From an uncultured bacterium (GTDB lineage: Bacteria > UBP7 > UBA6624): 64,000 nucleotides of DNA. Positions 9,343-19,179 of this stretch are shown here, in pieces (the stretch's first letter is position 1; each line of letters starts with the position of its first letter). The notes under the pieces were generated by a model, which ran no database searches, had not been told where the DNA came from, and saw only the letters and a program-made list of their open reading frames with translations. The stretch lies in contig CAXGSM010000003.1 of the NCBI GenBank assembly GCA_964012435.1, positions 1 to 64,000 of the forward strand, read 5' to 3'. The translations under genes were made by a program, and so were the position numbers.

Positions 9343-12269
9343 TGGCTAAAAAGAATTTTAAGTTTAATTATTTCTTGCTTCTTTGCATTCTCCCGATTGT
9401 TGTTGCTATAGCAATTGCGTTTCCTCAAAGTGTAACAACTCATGAGTACAACAGCAGTGGCGGCGTAAAGGCAACAAGCCCTTTGGAGTTTCATTTCAAT
9501 CCCAATTATTCTGGAACTAACTTTACTCAGGAAGAATGGAAAGTCTTATCTCAAGAGGGAATGACTTGGTGGCAGTGGATTGAATCTGCTGATCTTGATG
9601 GTGTTTATGTTGCTGATGATGCTCCAAGGTGTCCAGATTTTGGAAATAACCAATGGGATTGGTCAGTCTGTGATGATTTAGGTGGTGCTGCTGGTTGGGC
9701 AGTATTTACATGGAATGGACAAGGCCAAATGGTTGAATGTGATATTGAAATGCATGAAAATAGAGCCAATAACTGGGGTCAAGAAAGAGTAAGATCAATT
9801 TCTGCTCATGAATTTGGTCACTGTGCTGGTTTTGCACATCCTTTTGATGGCTTTGGTCCACCTGAAGGTTTAGAAGATTTTCAATCTGTTATGAATTACA
9901 GTACTCCACCTGACCCTCCAGGTTTGAATAATTTTGGATCAGGTGTTCATTATGACCCACGAGGCCATCATGACGCTACTGATGCTTCAGGCAAATATCC
10001 GTGTGGTAGCCCAGATGGATGTTTGCCAGTCGATGATCCAGACGATCCAGATGACCCAGGAGGCGGCGGAGACACAACGGGATCGGAAGCTATCATTGTC
10101 AGTGACAAGATTGTTGGAGAGGGTCCAGAGTCAACATTCAATTTTGATGGTGGAAGTTCAACTCCAAGTGAATTGGGTACTTATATAGCTGTTTATGAGT
10201 GGAATTGGGGTGATGGAACAAGTGATTTGATCCCATGTTTGGATGGATTGTGTGCAACTGTGATAGCTCATACTTACAATTTGAACTGTACAGAACTACA
10301 ACAAGATGAAAAAGGAAATTGTTATTACGATGTTACATTGACTGTTGGTGATGATTTGGTTCCACCAAGTCTTGATACTGATACTGTAACTATAAAGGTC
10401 AAGAATCCTTTTGCAAATGAAGATCCTGTTCCTTTGATAAATATTACATGTATTGAAAACTGTAAAACTGATAAAAACGGAAACATCTTGAATGAACCAA
10501 ATGACTTAAACTTCTTTAAAGAAGTTGATGACGGAGTAACTTTTAACTTCGATGGTTCAGGATCTTTGGATCCAGATGGAATCGTTGTGGATTGGACTTG
10601 GAATTTCAGTGATGGTAGTCCATTGGTTAATGATAGTGTTGTTGATCATGAATACACTCAAGGCGGTTCCTTCCCTATACTTTTGACTGTTGTTGACAAT
10701 GAGGGAGATGATGGAGTTATGCCAACTCCTCCTTTTGTTTTAGTACCATCTTATCCACTTCCTGTACTTCTCGACTTCCCTTCTGATCAAAATTGTTTCT
10801 ACAATGGCATTAATTATGCAAGTAGGTTTGTTTCAAGTGATGAGAATTGGGAGCTTGATGACGAGGATGCAGATTGTAGTATATCTGATTCGGATACTTC
10901 TACAAGATGGGTAAGGTTTGATGGTTCTGAGTCGGTTGATACTGATGGATTGATAAGAAGTTTTATATGGGATTTCTCTGATCCTGATGATTCTGAAGGC
11001 TTCTTGGCTGTTTGGACAAAGCAGTTCAACTACACAAGGCCATGTTCATTGGATTCAAGCTGTGATGCTGAAATAGCTTTAACCACATGGGACGGCCATG
11101 CAGGTCCTGGTGGGGTAGGTGATTTGATAATATCAGATCCACCATGCAAGAATGAAAGCACTGATGATGATCCAGAAAATTTCCAGGATTCAAATGGTGA
11201 TTTGTGTGATGATGATTGGACAATGGTTGATTATGACAGGATGTTTAACCAAGGTAATGATATACCAGGTCAAATAACCTTCAGATCTTCACTAAATGTT
11301 AGAGACAATAATTCAAATAAAAGTGATATTGATCTTGAAAATAATTTACATACTTTTGTTGTTGTCCATGAGGAAGAAGATGCATTGTCTTCTTTTGTTA
11401 ACAGCATCAATTCAACTGACGGTTCTTCATGTGCTGGAACTAAAAAGATTTTTAGTATAAGTTCTGATAAGCCAGGTTCTGGAATGGTTGGTTTTAATTA
11501 TGAATGGGACTTTGGAGATGGTGATAGTGTAGTTGGTTTCACCAATATAACATTAGAGCAAAATATTGAAATTCTTTCTGGTGATTTATTTTGGAGAAAT
11601 TCAATTGGTCAAGAGGGTGTTGTTGACAGCAACCCAATAGGGAATGAGGTTATTGACAGTCATCACAACCCTTCAAGTGGTGGTTTTGATGCAGGACTTC
11701 AAGGTCAAACAGTGACCTTCTTCACTGATAGTGGAGTATCCACATGCGAAGTTGCTTCTGTTGCAGGTTTCTCTTTCACATGTGACAGTATTCCTGCTGC
11801 TGTTGTAGAAGGTACTGTTTACAGATTGCCTCCAATGGGAGTTTCTCACTGTTATACAAGCCCTGGTGTGTACGCAGTTGCTTTTGATTTTATTCAAGAT
11901 GGCAATGTTGTAGAGTCAGACGGTTTGCAAATTGCAATTGATTCTTTCATTGTTAAGCAAAATGAATTGGAAACCGTTCAAGCTGTTCCTGGTACAAACA
12001 ATTACACAATTGTTCATTTCCAGATTAAGGAAGATGTATTGATCAGTGATTCTTTATCATTTGAAGTCAGGGATCTTTGGGCTGGCTTAAATGATTTGCA
12101 AAAAGTTGATGCTGTAAGGATTTACAGATCGAATCAAGCTGGTGATTTGCTAAGCTTGGAACAAGAGGTTGTTGATCCGTTTTCTGAATCAACTTCATTC
12201 AACATCAGTTTAGATGGTCCATTATCTGCTGATGATTATTATGTTGTAACTTATGTTTTTGGGAGTTAA
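9342..12269 (+). CDS. Secreted matrixin-like (metzincin) zinc metalloprotease with PKD domains
   Basis: HEFGHCAGFAH (HExxHxxGxxH, 9807-9839), Met-turn SVMNY, acidic Pro/Gly linker, and four PKD-like FDGS..D.DG / W(D/N)(F/W)(G/S)D motifs. Confidence 0.88.
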   Translation: MAKKNFKFNYFLLLCILPIVVAIAIAFPQSVTTHEYNSSGGVKATSPLEFHFNPNYSGTNFTQEEWKVLSQEGMTWWQWIESADLDGVYVADDAPRCPDFGNNQWDWSVCDDLGGAAGWAVFTWNGQGQMVECDIEMHENRANNWGQERVRSISAHEFGHCAGFAHPFDGFGPPEGLEDFQSVMNYSTPPDPPGLNNFGSGVHYDPRGHHDATDASGKYPCGSPDGCLPVDDPDDPDDPGGGGDTTGSEAIIVSDKIVGEGPESTFNFDGGSSTPSELGTYIAVYEWNWGDGTSDLIPCLDGLCATVIAHTYNLNCTELQQDEKGNCYYDVTLTVGDDLVPPSLDTDTVTIKVKNPFANEDPVPLINITCIENCKTDKNGNILNEPNDLNFFKEVDDGVTFNFDGSGSLDPDGIVVDWTWNFSDGSPLVNDSVVDHEYTQGGSFPILLTVVDNEGDDGVMPTPPFVLVPSYPLPVLLDFPSDQNCFYNGINYASRFVSSDENWELDDEDADCSISDSDTSTRWVRFDGSESVDTDGLIRSFIWDFSDPDDSEGFLAVWTKQFNYTRPCSLDSSCDAEIALTTWDGHAGPGGVGDLIISDPPCKNESTDDDPENFQDSNGDLCDDDWTMVDYDRMFNQGNDIPGQITFRSSLNVRDNNSNKSDIDLENNLHTFVVVHEEEDALSSFVNSINSTDGSSCAGTKKIFSISSDKPGSGMVGFNYEWDFGDGDSVVGFTNITLEQNIEILSGDLFWRNSIGQEGVVDSNPIGNEVIDSHHNPSSGGFDAGLQGQTVTFFTDSGVSTCEVASVAGFSFTCDSIPAAVVEGTVYRLPPMGVSHCYTSPGVYAVAFDFIQDGNVVESDGLQIAIDSFIVKQNELETVQAVPGTNNYTIVHFQIKEDVLISDSLSFEVRDLWAGLNDLQKVDAVRIYRSNQAGDLLSLEQEVVDPFSESTSFNISLDGPLSADDYYVVTYVFGS

Positions 12270-12272
12270 ATT

Positions 12273-12491
12273 ATGAGAAAATTTTTTAAATTATTTGTTT
12301 TTGTTTTATGTATGGTTTTTGTTTCCTGTGGAGGCGGTGATTCCGATTCTTCTTCAGGTGGACCTGCAGTTGGCGGAGGAGGGGACACTAGTTCTTCTAC
12401 CTACGATTTTCAACCATTGATAACTCCTACAAAAAACGGAGTGGAACAGCCTTCTTTACAAGGTAACCAAGTTACCTTAACGGTGGAGTAA
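12273..12491 (+). CDS. Small lipoprotein
   Basis: Lipobox FVSC followed by a Gly/Ser linker and a short beta-rich tail. Confidence 0.7.
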   Translation: MRKFFKLFVFVLCMVFVSCGGGDSDSSSGGPAVGGGGDTSSSTYDFQPLITPTKNGVEQPSLQGNQVTLTVE

Positions 12492-12492
12492 T

Positions 12493-14037
12493 ATGATGAT
12501 TATTAATTTTATTTTTTTATTGCAATTATTTGTTAGCCCTTACACTGTGTTTGATTCATCTGAAGCTATTGATGTACCAGAAGGATCAATTATCTTTAGA
12601 ACAAACAGGGATGGTGGTGATGAGCTTTACATCATGGACACACATGGCGAAACCCCACATCGATTAACCTTTAACGGAATAAGAGATGCTTCCCCACAGA
12701 TTTCTCCAAATGGTAGATACCTTATGTATTATGCCTGGGGTGCCTCTACCAATGAAACCTGTGCTGAAACTTTGAAAAATCCTAAGCATAAAGGTATTTT
12801 TGCGCCAGGCATCTGTGATGGGACTTCCGAAGATGTTGTCATTATAGATTTGGTTAATGGTGAGACTAATGTTTTAACAACAGACTCAAGCATCAATGGG
12901 CAGGCTTTATGGAGTCCTGATGGTGAATGGATCACATATGTTACTGACATGGGCCAAGAATCTGAAATCATTCTTACAAAACCTGATGGTTCAAAAAGAA
13001 TAGCTGTAACGAGGAATTACTGGGGTGATTATTCTCCTTCATTTACACCTGATGGAAAATATATGATTTACGAATCTTACAGGCTTGAACAGGACGTTTA
13101 TCCTCCAATTGGTCATTATTTTCCAAAACATAATCTTTATGAAGAAAATACTGTTTTAGAAACCTGGTCACAAGAAGCTTATAGAGATTTATTTATAGTT
13201 GACCTGAGTTGCATCATGAACATTGAAGGTTCAGACATTAAAAGCTGGGAAGATTTAGAGCCTTACGATCAAAAGAATACGTTAAGCCCTGAAGCTTTAT
13301 GTGAAGAAAGAATTACTGATGAAGTTGATAGTAATATCAAGCCCGCTGTTTCTCCAGATGGAAAATGGATTGCATATATGGCAAATAGGCCTGGTATCAG
13401 AAATTATCTCTATCTTATGAGTGTTGCTTTAAACCAGAAAGGTGAAAGAGACATGGTGACTATCATGCTTGATGTAGAAAGAGATTTTTGGGGTGATATG
13501 ACTGATAAAAAAGTTTTTTATTCTGAAAATCCGTACATGTGGCTTGGTGCAAACACATTCAAATGGTCACCAGATTCAAATCAAATTCTGATTGAAGCTA
13601 ATGTTTATACTGTTCCAAGTATGTTTGGGGAAACTGAAAAAGGCAAAAGCAGGCTGTCTGGAAAAATGGATGGAGGATTGTTGATATCAATCGTAGCTGA
13701 AGCTCTTGTAATTTATGATTTGCCAACAGACTCTATAGCTCCAGTTAGATTGTCAAACTCTGTTGGTGTTGACCATAGTGGGAATTGGTCTCCAAACGGA
13801 GAATGGGTTGTGTATTCTTCTCAAGATAGATATTTGAGACATGAAATATACATAACTCATTTAAAGACTGGCTATACAAAAAAATTGACAACAAATAGAG
13901 TTGGTGATTTTGATCCTATTTGGGTCACTGGAGAATTGACAAAATGTGGTTTTGAAATAAAAGGTATGCCTGAAAGTGATGTTTCTTCTGACGTTTTCGA
14001 AAGAATTGAAACAATCAGGCCTTGCCCTTTAGATTAG
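12493..14037 (+). CDS. TolB-like (PD40) beta-propeller protein, exported
   Basis: Repeated WSPDG/SPNG/TPDG motifs; hydrophobic N-terminus. Confidence 0.85.
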   Translation: MMIINFIFLLQLFVSPYTVFDSSEAIDVPEGSIIFRTNRDGGDELYIMDTHGETPHRLTFNGIRDASPQISPNGRYLMYYAWGASTNETCAETLKNPKHKGIFAPGICDGTSEDVVIIDLVNGETNVLTTDSSINGQALWSPDGEWITYVTDMGQESEIILTKPDGSKRIAVTRNYWGDYSPSFTPDGKYMIYESYRLEQDVYPPIGHYFPKHNLYEENTVLETWSQEAYRDLFIVDLSCIMNIEGSDIKSWEDLEPYDQKNTLSPEALCEERITDEVDSNIKPAVSPDGKWIAYMANRPGIRNYLYLMSVALNQKGERDMVTIMLDVERDFWGDMTDKKVFYSENPYMWLGANTFKWSPDSNQILIEANVYTVPSMFGETEKGKSRLSGKMDGGLLISIVAEALVIYDLPTDSIAPVRLSNSVGVDHSGNWSPNGEWVVYSSQDRYLRHEIYITHLKTGYTKKLTTNRVGDFDPIWVTGELTKCGFEIKGMPESDVSSDVFERIETIRPCPLD

Positions 14038-14051
14038 TTTTAATTTATAAT
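14022..14051 (+). promoter_or_regulatory. Putative sigma70 promoter of groESL
   Basis: TTGCCC-N18-TATAAT, followed by an AGGAGG SD. No CIRCE element seen. Confidence 0.5.
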
Positions 14052-14088
14052 AGCAGTTTGATTTTATTTATTTAGGAGGTTATAGATA

Positions 14089-14391
14089 ATGAAATTAGCC
14101 CCATTGGGCGATCGTGTAATAGTAAAGAGACTAGATGCTGAATCTTCTAGTCCAAGTGGTATTGTTATTGCTGATTCAGCAAAGGAAAGACCACAGAAGG
14201 GTACAGTTGTAGCTGTTGGCCCTGGGAAAAAGGAAACAAACAGCATTGGTGAGGTGATTGTTGTTCCGATGAATTCAAAGGTTGGTGATACCGTTGTTTT
14301 TTCAAAGTACGGAGGAAACGAATTGTCACACGAAGGCGAAGAATATTTAATTCTTAGAGAAGATGATATTCTTGCAAAAATTAACAAATAG
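14089..14391 (+). CDS. groES: Co-chaperonin GroES
   Basis: PLGDRVIVK, SGIVI, VVAVGPG, KVGDTV and ILREDDILA motifs. Confidence 0.97.
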   Translation: MKLAPLGDRVIVKRLDAESSSPSGIVIADSAKERPQKGTVVAVGPGKKETNSIGEVIVVPMNSKVGDTVVFSKYGGNELSHEGEEYLILREDDILAKINK

Positions 14392-14403
14392 AGGTTTAAT
14401 ATT

Positions 14404-16059
14404 ATGGCAAAACAATTGATTTTTAATACAGAGGCAAGAGAGAAATTTTTAGGAGGCGTTGAAAAGGTTGCTAAGGCAGTTGGTGAAACGCTTGGTCCAA
14501 GAGGAAGGAATGTTATTCTCGATAAAAAATTTGGTTCTCCTGTCGTTACAAATGATGGAATAACCATTGCAAAGGAGATTGAACTTCCAGATCCTTTTGA
14601 GAACATGGGAGCACAAGTTGCAAAAGAAGCAGCAAGCAAAACAAATGATGCTGCTGGAGACGGAACAACTACCGCTATCATCTTGACTGAAAAAATGGTT
14701 CAAGAAGGTTTAAAAGCTGTAGCTGCTGGAGCTAACCCAATGCTTTTGAAGAGAGGCATTCAGTCTGCTGTTGACGCTGTTGTCGATAATTTGCAAAAAA
14801 CAGCAAAACCAATTAAAGGTAGACAGGATATTGAACGTGTTGCAACAATATCTGGAAACAATGATTCAGAGATTGGTAGATTAATCGCTGAGGCAATAGA
14901 AAAAGTCGGTAATGATGGAGTTATTACGATTGAAGAATCCAAAACAGGCTTAACCACTGGTCCTGATTTTGTTGAGGGAATGCAATTTGATAGAGGTTTT
15001 CAAAGTCCTTATTTTGCAAATGATAAAGAAATGCAAAAATGTGAAGTAGGCGGTGATGAGAGAGGTGTTTTGATTCTTATATATGAATCAAAGATTAGCA
15101 ATGCACAAGAATTTTTACCAATACTTGAAAAAGTTGCTCAAGACGGTAGACCTTTTTTGATCATTTCTGAAGAGGTTGAGAATGATGTTTTATCAACACT
15201 TGTTTTGAATAAGCTGCGTGGTACTTTGAATGTATGTGCAGTTAAGGCTCCTGGTTATGGCGACAGAAGAAAAGCAATGATGCAAGATATAGCTATTTTG
15301 ACTGGTGGTGAATTTATCAGTAAGGATCTTGGAATCAAGCTTGAAAATGTTGATGTAGATCAGATGGGAGTTGCTCAAAAAGTCATAATTGATAAAAATA
15401 ACACAACAATAGTTAGTTCAAATTCAGGCTCTCCTGCTGTTTTGGGGAGAATAGAGCAAATAAGATCTGAAATCGATGGTACTGACAGTGATTGGGAAAG
15501 AGAGAAACTTCAAGAAAGACTAGCAAAGCTAGCTGGTGGTGTTGCTGAAATAAAAGTAGGTGCTCCAACAGAAGTTGAAATGAAGGAAAAGAAACACAGG
15601 TTTGAAGATGCTTTGTCAGCTACAAGAGCTGCTGTCGAAGAAGGTGTTGTTCCTGGTGGTGGTGTTACTTTGTTAAGATGTGTTGACAAAATAAAGAAAT
15701 TGAACGATGAGGATGTTTCTATAAATTGGGGTATAAATGTTGTTAGAAACGCTTTGACAGAACCAATGAGAAGAGTTGCTGAAAATGCTGGTTACGAAGG
15801 TTCCGTAGTTGTTGAAAAAGTTCAAGAACAAAAAGGTTCAAATGGGTTTAACGCATTAACCGGAGAGTATTGTGACTTGCTTAAAGTTGGAGTCATAGAT
15901 CCTCTTGTTGTTACGAGAAGTGCTTTAAGGAATGCTGCTAGTATTGCATCAATGGTTTTGACTACTGAAGTTATGGTTACAGATCTTCCTGAAGAAAAAG
16001 AACAACCGATGGGTGGACCTCCTCCAGGTGGGGGAATGCCTGGAATGGGCGGATTTTAA
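14404..16059 (+). CDS. groEL: Chaperonin GroEL
   Basis: TLGPRGRNV, AGDGTTT, EGMQFDRG and KAPGYGDRRK motifs; GGM tail. Confidence 0.98.
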   Translation: MAKQLIFNTEAREKFLGGVEKVAKAVGETLGPRGRNVILDKKFGSPVVTNDGITIAKEIELPDPFENMGAQVAKEAASKTNDAAGDGTTTAIILTEKMVQEGLKAVAAGANPMLLKRGIQSAVDAVVDNLQKTAKPIKGRQDIERVATISGNNDSEIGRLIAEAIEKVGNDGVITIEESKTGLTTGPDFVEGMQFDRGFQSPYFANDKEMQKCEVGGDERGVLILIYESKISNAQEFLPILEKVAQDGRPFLIISEEVENDVLSTLVLNKLRGTLNVCAVKAPGYGDRRKAMMQDIAILTGGEFISKDLGIKLENVDVDQMGVAQKVIIDKNNTTIVSSNSGSPAVLGRIEQIRSEIDGTDSDWEREKLQERLAKLAGGVAEIKVGAPTEVEMKEKKHRFEDALSATRAAVEEGVVPGGGVTLLRCVDKIKKLNDEDVSINWGINVVRNALTEPMRRVAENAGYEGSVVVEKVQEQKGSNGFNALTGEYCDLLKVGVIDPLVVTRSALRNAASIASMVLTTEVMVTDLPEEKEQPMGGPPPGGGMPGMGGF

Positions 16060-16069
16060 TTTAAGGAAA

Positions 16070-16101
16070 CGGGGGTGAAATTGTTCACCCCCGCCTTATT
16101 T
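16070..16101 (+). terminator. Intrinsic terminator after groEL
   Basis: Perfect 10-bp stem CGGGGGTGAA-attg-TTCACCCCCG followed by CCTTATTT. Confidence 0.75.
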
Positions 16102-16117
16102 AAAATAAAATCTAGTT

Positions 16118-17527
16118 ATGCTGAAAAAAATAATACTATTTTTATGCTTTGTTGCATTCTCGGATTTTTCGTTTTTATTGAATGCGAAAACTATTGATGA
16201 ATCAACTGGCATAAGGCTCAATTTACCTTCATCTTGGACATGTAGCTCTACTCAGGAGGATTCTTGGGAGGTTGTTGTTCCTGATACTGAATATTCTTCT
16301 GGTAAAAAATTCAAGAATGGTTGGTTGAAGATTGAAGAAGTGGGTGATCGATTTATTTGCAAATCTGGTTCAAGTAAAGTTTTAGACGTGAGATCTACAC
16401 CTTTAGGTGTTTCATCAGGACAGGTTTCCACTACAGTGCTTAAAGCAAGATTGCTAGAAAGGCACCTGCAAGAAAATCTTGGTTTTGAGGTTAGTTCAAA
16501 AACAGTTTACTCTGATGCTCATTATGTGGTTAGATTAAATTACAAAGATCAAAATCAAAAGTCAGGAGCTTGGTGGATTGTTTATAGCCAAGAGTCCTCT
16601 ACGTTACATAGATTATGGATGCCAGATGGTGCTGCAATGGATGAAAAACAAATTAGAGAATTTGAAAATATGTTTTTTGTTTCTGTTTATCCTGTAATCT
16701 TTAATTTAGGACCTGTTGTTTTAACAGAAAGGTCTGCAACAGCATTAACTTTCTTTTTTATAGGCATTGTTTTACTTTTAACTTTGGGAAAGAAAGGTGT
16801 AGATGACTTTGTTAGATCTTTTAATGAGCCGGGTGAGCTTTTTTCAGATTTTGGTAAAGGGGAAACGTTCTTTTATCCTTTTGCGTTGGTTTTGTGTTCT
16901 TCTTTTCTTTTTGTTGGATTCGCTTCATCTTTAAAAGGGATGCTTTTATCTTGGATTAATGGAAATGTTGTTTATATGTATTTGGAGATGATGAAATCTT
17001 CAGTTTTCTCAAATGTTCAAAATGATCCTGAAAAAGGTTATATCGTATTAGCTGGCTTGGCTCAAAATCTAATTAATTTTTTTAGACAGCACATAGACAT
17101 GTTTATACAGTGGTTTCCTGCAATAGTTATTGTTTTGTGGTTTGTAAATGCATTATCAAACTATCTTGGTTCTTTGATTGTTAAGAGCGATTTGAGATTT
17201 GGTACAACATTTTTTGCTTCTAGTTTGCTGGCCCCTTATAGTTGTATTCTTGGTTTAGGTTGTTTGTTGGCTTTTTTCACTCAGGGTTTTTCTTTATATC
17301 TTGGAGTGACATTAATTGGTTTTGCTGCATTTATGCTTTTTAGGATTTCTGTTTTGGGTTTCAGTCAACTTTATAGGTTATCTAATTCTCAAGCATATAC
17401 TGCTATCATATTTTCAAGATTCATCTGGGTTTTGTGTGTTGGAGGCATAATTTATGGCTTTTCAACAGAAATGGTTATGCCCGCATATGAGCAATCTATC
17501 GTTTTAGATTACTCATTGGTTAGCTAA
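16118..17527 (+). CDS. Exported N-terminal domain fused to a multi-TM (Yip1-like) domain
   Basis: Signal peptide, about 180-aa soluble domain, then 6-7 TM helices. FNEPGELF...FYPFALVL resembles a Yip1 start. Confidence 0.55.
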   Translation: MLKKIILFLCFVAFSDFSFLLNAKTIDESTGIRLNLPSSWTCSSTQEDSWEVVVPDTEYSSGKKFKNGWLKIEEVGDRFICKSGSSKVLDVRSTPLGVSSGQVSTTVLKARLLERHLQENLGFEVSSKTVYSDAHYVVRLNYKDQNQKSGAWWIVYSQESSTLHRLWMPDGAAMDEKQIREFENMFFVSVYPVIFNLGPVVLTERSATALTFFFIGIVLLLTLGKKGVDDFVRSFNEPGELFSDFGKGETFFYPFALVLCSSFLFVGFASSLKGMLLSWINGNVVYMYLEMMKSSVFSNVQNDPEKGYIVLAGLAQNLINFFRQHIDMFIQWFPAIVIVLWFVNALSNYLGSLIVKSDLRFGTTFFASSLLAPYSCILGLGCLLAFFTQGFSLYLGVTLIGFAAFMLFRISVLGFSQLYRLSNSQAYTAIIFSRFIWVLCVGGIIYGFSTEMVMPAYEQSIVLDYSLVS

Positions 17528-17587
17528 TATCCTAAAATTCATAGAATTTTATATAAGAATTAATTTATAATCTTTAGGTTACGGGAT

Positions 17588-18127
17588 ATGAAGTTTTTTA
17601 TATTGATTTTTTCTTTGCTCTCTCTTCAAGCTTGCTTGTTGAATTTGGGTGTGGGTAAAACAGTTGCAGAACAAACAAAAATTGCTCCATTAGAAAAAAC
17701 AAAAGAAGCTATTGACAAAACCCTAGAAGCGGCTCTATTAGTGCAGTTGGCATCTGATGTTTGCTTACAGCTCCAACTTAACGATAAAGATAATGGCAAT
17801 CATGGAGTAATAAAGCCACGCGTCGAAAATAGAGTTGCAATACTTGAAGGAACAATAGAAACTATTGGGCAAAAGAGAGAGGCGGAAAGGTTGGCAAGTT
17901 TGGTTCCTGAAATTAGAGATGTTGTGAATAGGCTTGAAATTATTGGTCCAAGAGACGCTACTGAGGTATGTGAATTTGTTGGATTTGGTTTAGATGATGA
18001 TGAAAATGATGAAGTCGAAGAGGATGATGATGACTCAAGAGACCCTATTGATCCAGGTTTACCAGGTGGTGGCCATCCTGGTATCCCGCCAATAATTCCA
18101 CCAGGAGGACCAGGGAGAGTTTTATGA
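17588..18127 (+). CDS. BON-domain lipoprotein with acidic and Pro/Gly-rich tail
   Basis: Lipobox LQAC; BON pattern V.NRVAILEGTI...REAERLAS.VPEIRDVVNRLEI. Confidence 0.8.
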   Translation: MKFFILIFSLLSLQACLLNLGVGKTVAEQTKIAPLEKTKEAIDKTLEAALLVQLASDVCLQLQLNDKDNGNHGVIKPRVENRVAILEGTIETIGQKREAERLASLVPEIRDVVNRLEIIGPRDATEVCEFVGFGLDDDENDEVEEDDDDSRDPIDPGLPGGGHPGIPPIIPPGGPGRVL

Positions 18128-19167
18128 AAATTTTAAAAATATTGTTTTGTTTATTTGTGATATCTTTTTCAGATGTTGATTTAGGTGATTTTGAAAGAGG
18201 TAGGTTTGAGGAAATTTATAGAAATTCAAGAAATAGTATAGTTGGAATAAAGGTTGTTAAATCAAAAATGTCTCCTTCTGTTTATGGAGATGTTAGCCAA
18301 ACAGAAATAGGTAGTGGTTTTGTTTATGATTCCGAAGAAGGTTTAATACTAACAACAGCTTCAAATGTAAGAGATGCCAAACATGTCGGAGTTCTCTTTA
18401 ACGATGGAAGATCAGTAGAGGCTAAAGTGGTTGGTTATGATGTACCTACAGATTTAGCAGTTTTAGAATTAAAGATCAAAAGGCCTCATATCCCATCTTT
18501 GAAACTATCTCAAAATTCTTATTCTGTTGGTGAATCTTTGATGGTAATGTCTCCAAATCCTGAAGGCATCTGCTGCAATACCTCCAAAGGAATTGTTTCT
18601 GCTACAACTTTATCTGGCAATAAATTAGGGGGTAGTTTATCTACATTTTTTCAATTTGATGCAGCTTTAAACGGAGGCCAACAAGGAGGGGCATTGCTTT
18701 CTTTGAGGGGTGAAGTTATTGGAATGCCTACACTAAAACAAAGAAATAGTGAAAACTTATTTTTGAATTTTGCTCTTCCTGTTGACATTATCAATATCAT
18801 CTTGCCCGAATTGATAGAAAATGGAAGATACTTGCATGTCGATTGGGGTCTAGATCCTGTAGCCATACCTGAAGAGATTAGGCTAAAGACAGGCTACCTT
18901 GGGGAAGGTCTTTATGTGCCGGGTCTTTCTGAAACCGGTTCCGGTTGGAGAACTGGACTGAGAACGGGAGATGTTATTACAGCATTAGATGGCAAGCCTT
19001 TAGCTGTGCATGATGATTTTTGGTCGATTTTTGGATCTTGGATAGATAAAGATAATTTTTCTATGAAAGGCCATACTGTTACTGTTTACAGAAATGGTAC
19101 TTTCTTAGATTTTGATTTTAGGGTCGTCAGACGAATTATAGAGTTTGATGAAAGGAATTTTTTTTAA
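18124..19167 (+). CDS. HtrA/DegP-like protein with one PDZ domain, catalytically degenerate
   Basis: GSGFVY, TDLAVL, FFQFDAALN and PDZ GLRTGDVI present, but the His site reads TTASNV and the Ser site reads GQQGG. Confidence 0.85.
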   Translation: MKILKILFCLFVISFSDVDLGDFERGRFEEIYRNSRNSIVGIKVVKSKMSPSVYGDVSQTEIGSGFVYDSEEGLILTTASNVRDAKHVGVLFNDGRSVEAKVVGYDVPTDLAVLELKIKRPHIPSLKLSQNSYSVGESLMVMSPNPEGICCNTSKGIVSATTLSGNKLGGSLSTFFQFDAALNGGQQGGALLSLRGEVIGMPTLKQRNSENLFLNFALPVDIINIILPELIENGRYLHVDWGLDPVAIPEEIRLKTGYLGEGLYVPGLSETGSGWRTGLRTGDVITALDGKPLAVHDDFWSIFGSWIDKDNFSMKGHTVTVYRNGTFLDFDFRVVRRIIEFDERNFF

Positions 19168-19179
19168 AGGGGTAATAAT

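Noticed and set aside
14038..14088. CIRCE/HrcA operator upstream of groES
   Set aside because: No TTAGCACTC-N9-GAGTGCTAA match.
14064..14681. 205-aa minus-strand ORF
   Set aside because: Antisense shadow of groES/groEL, a common codon-bias artefact.
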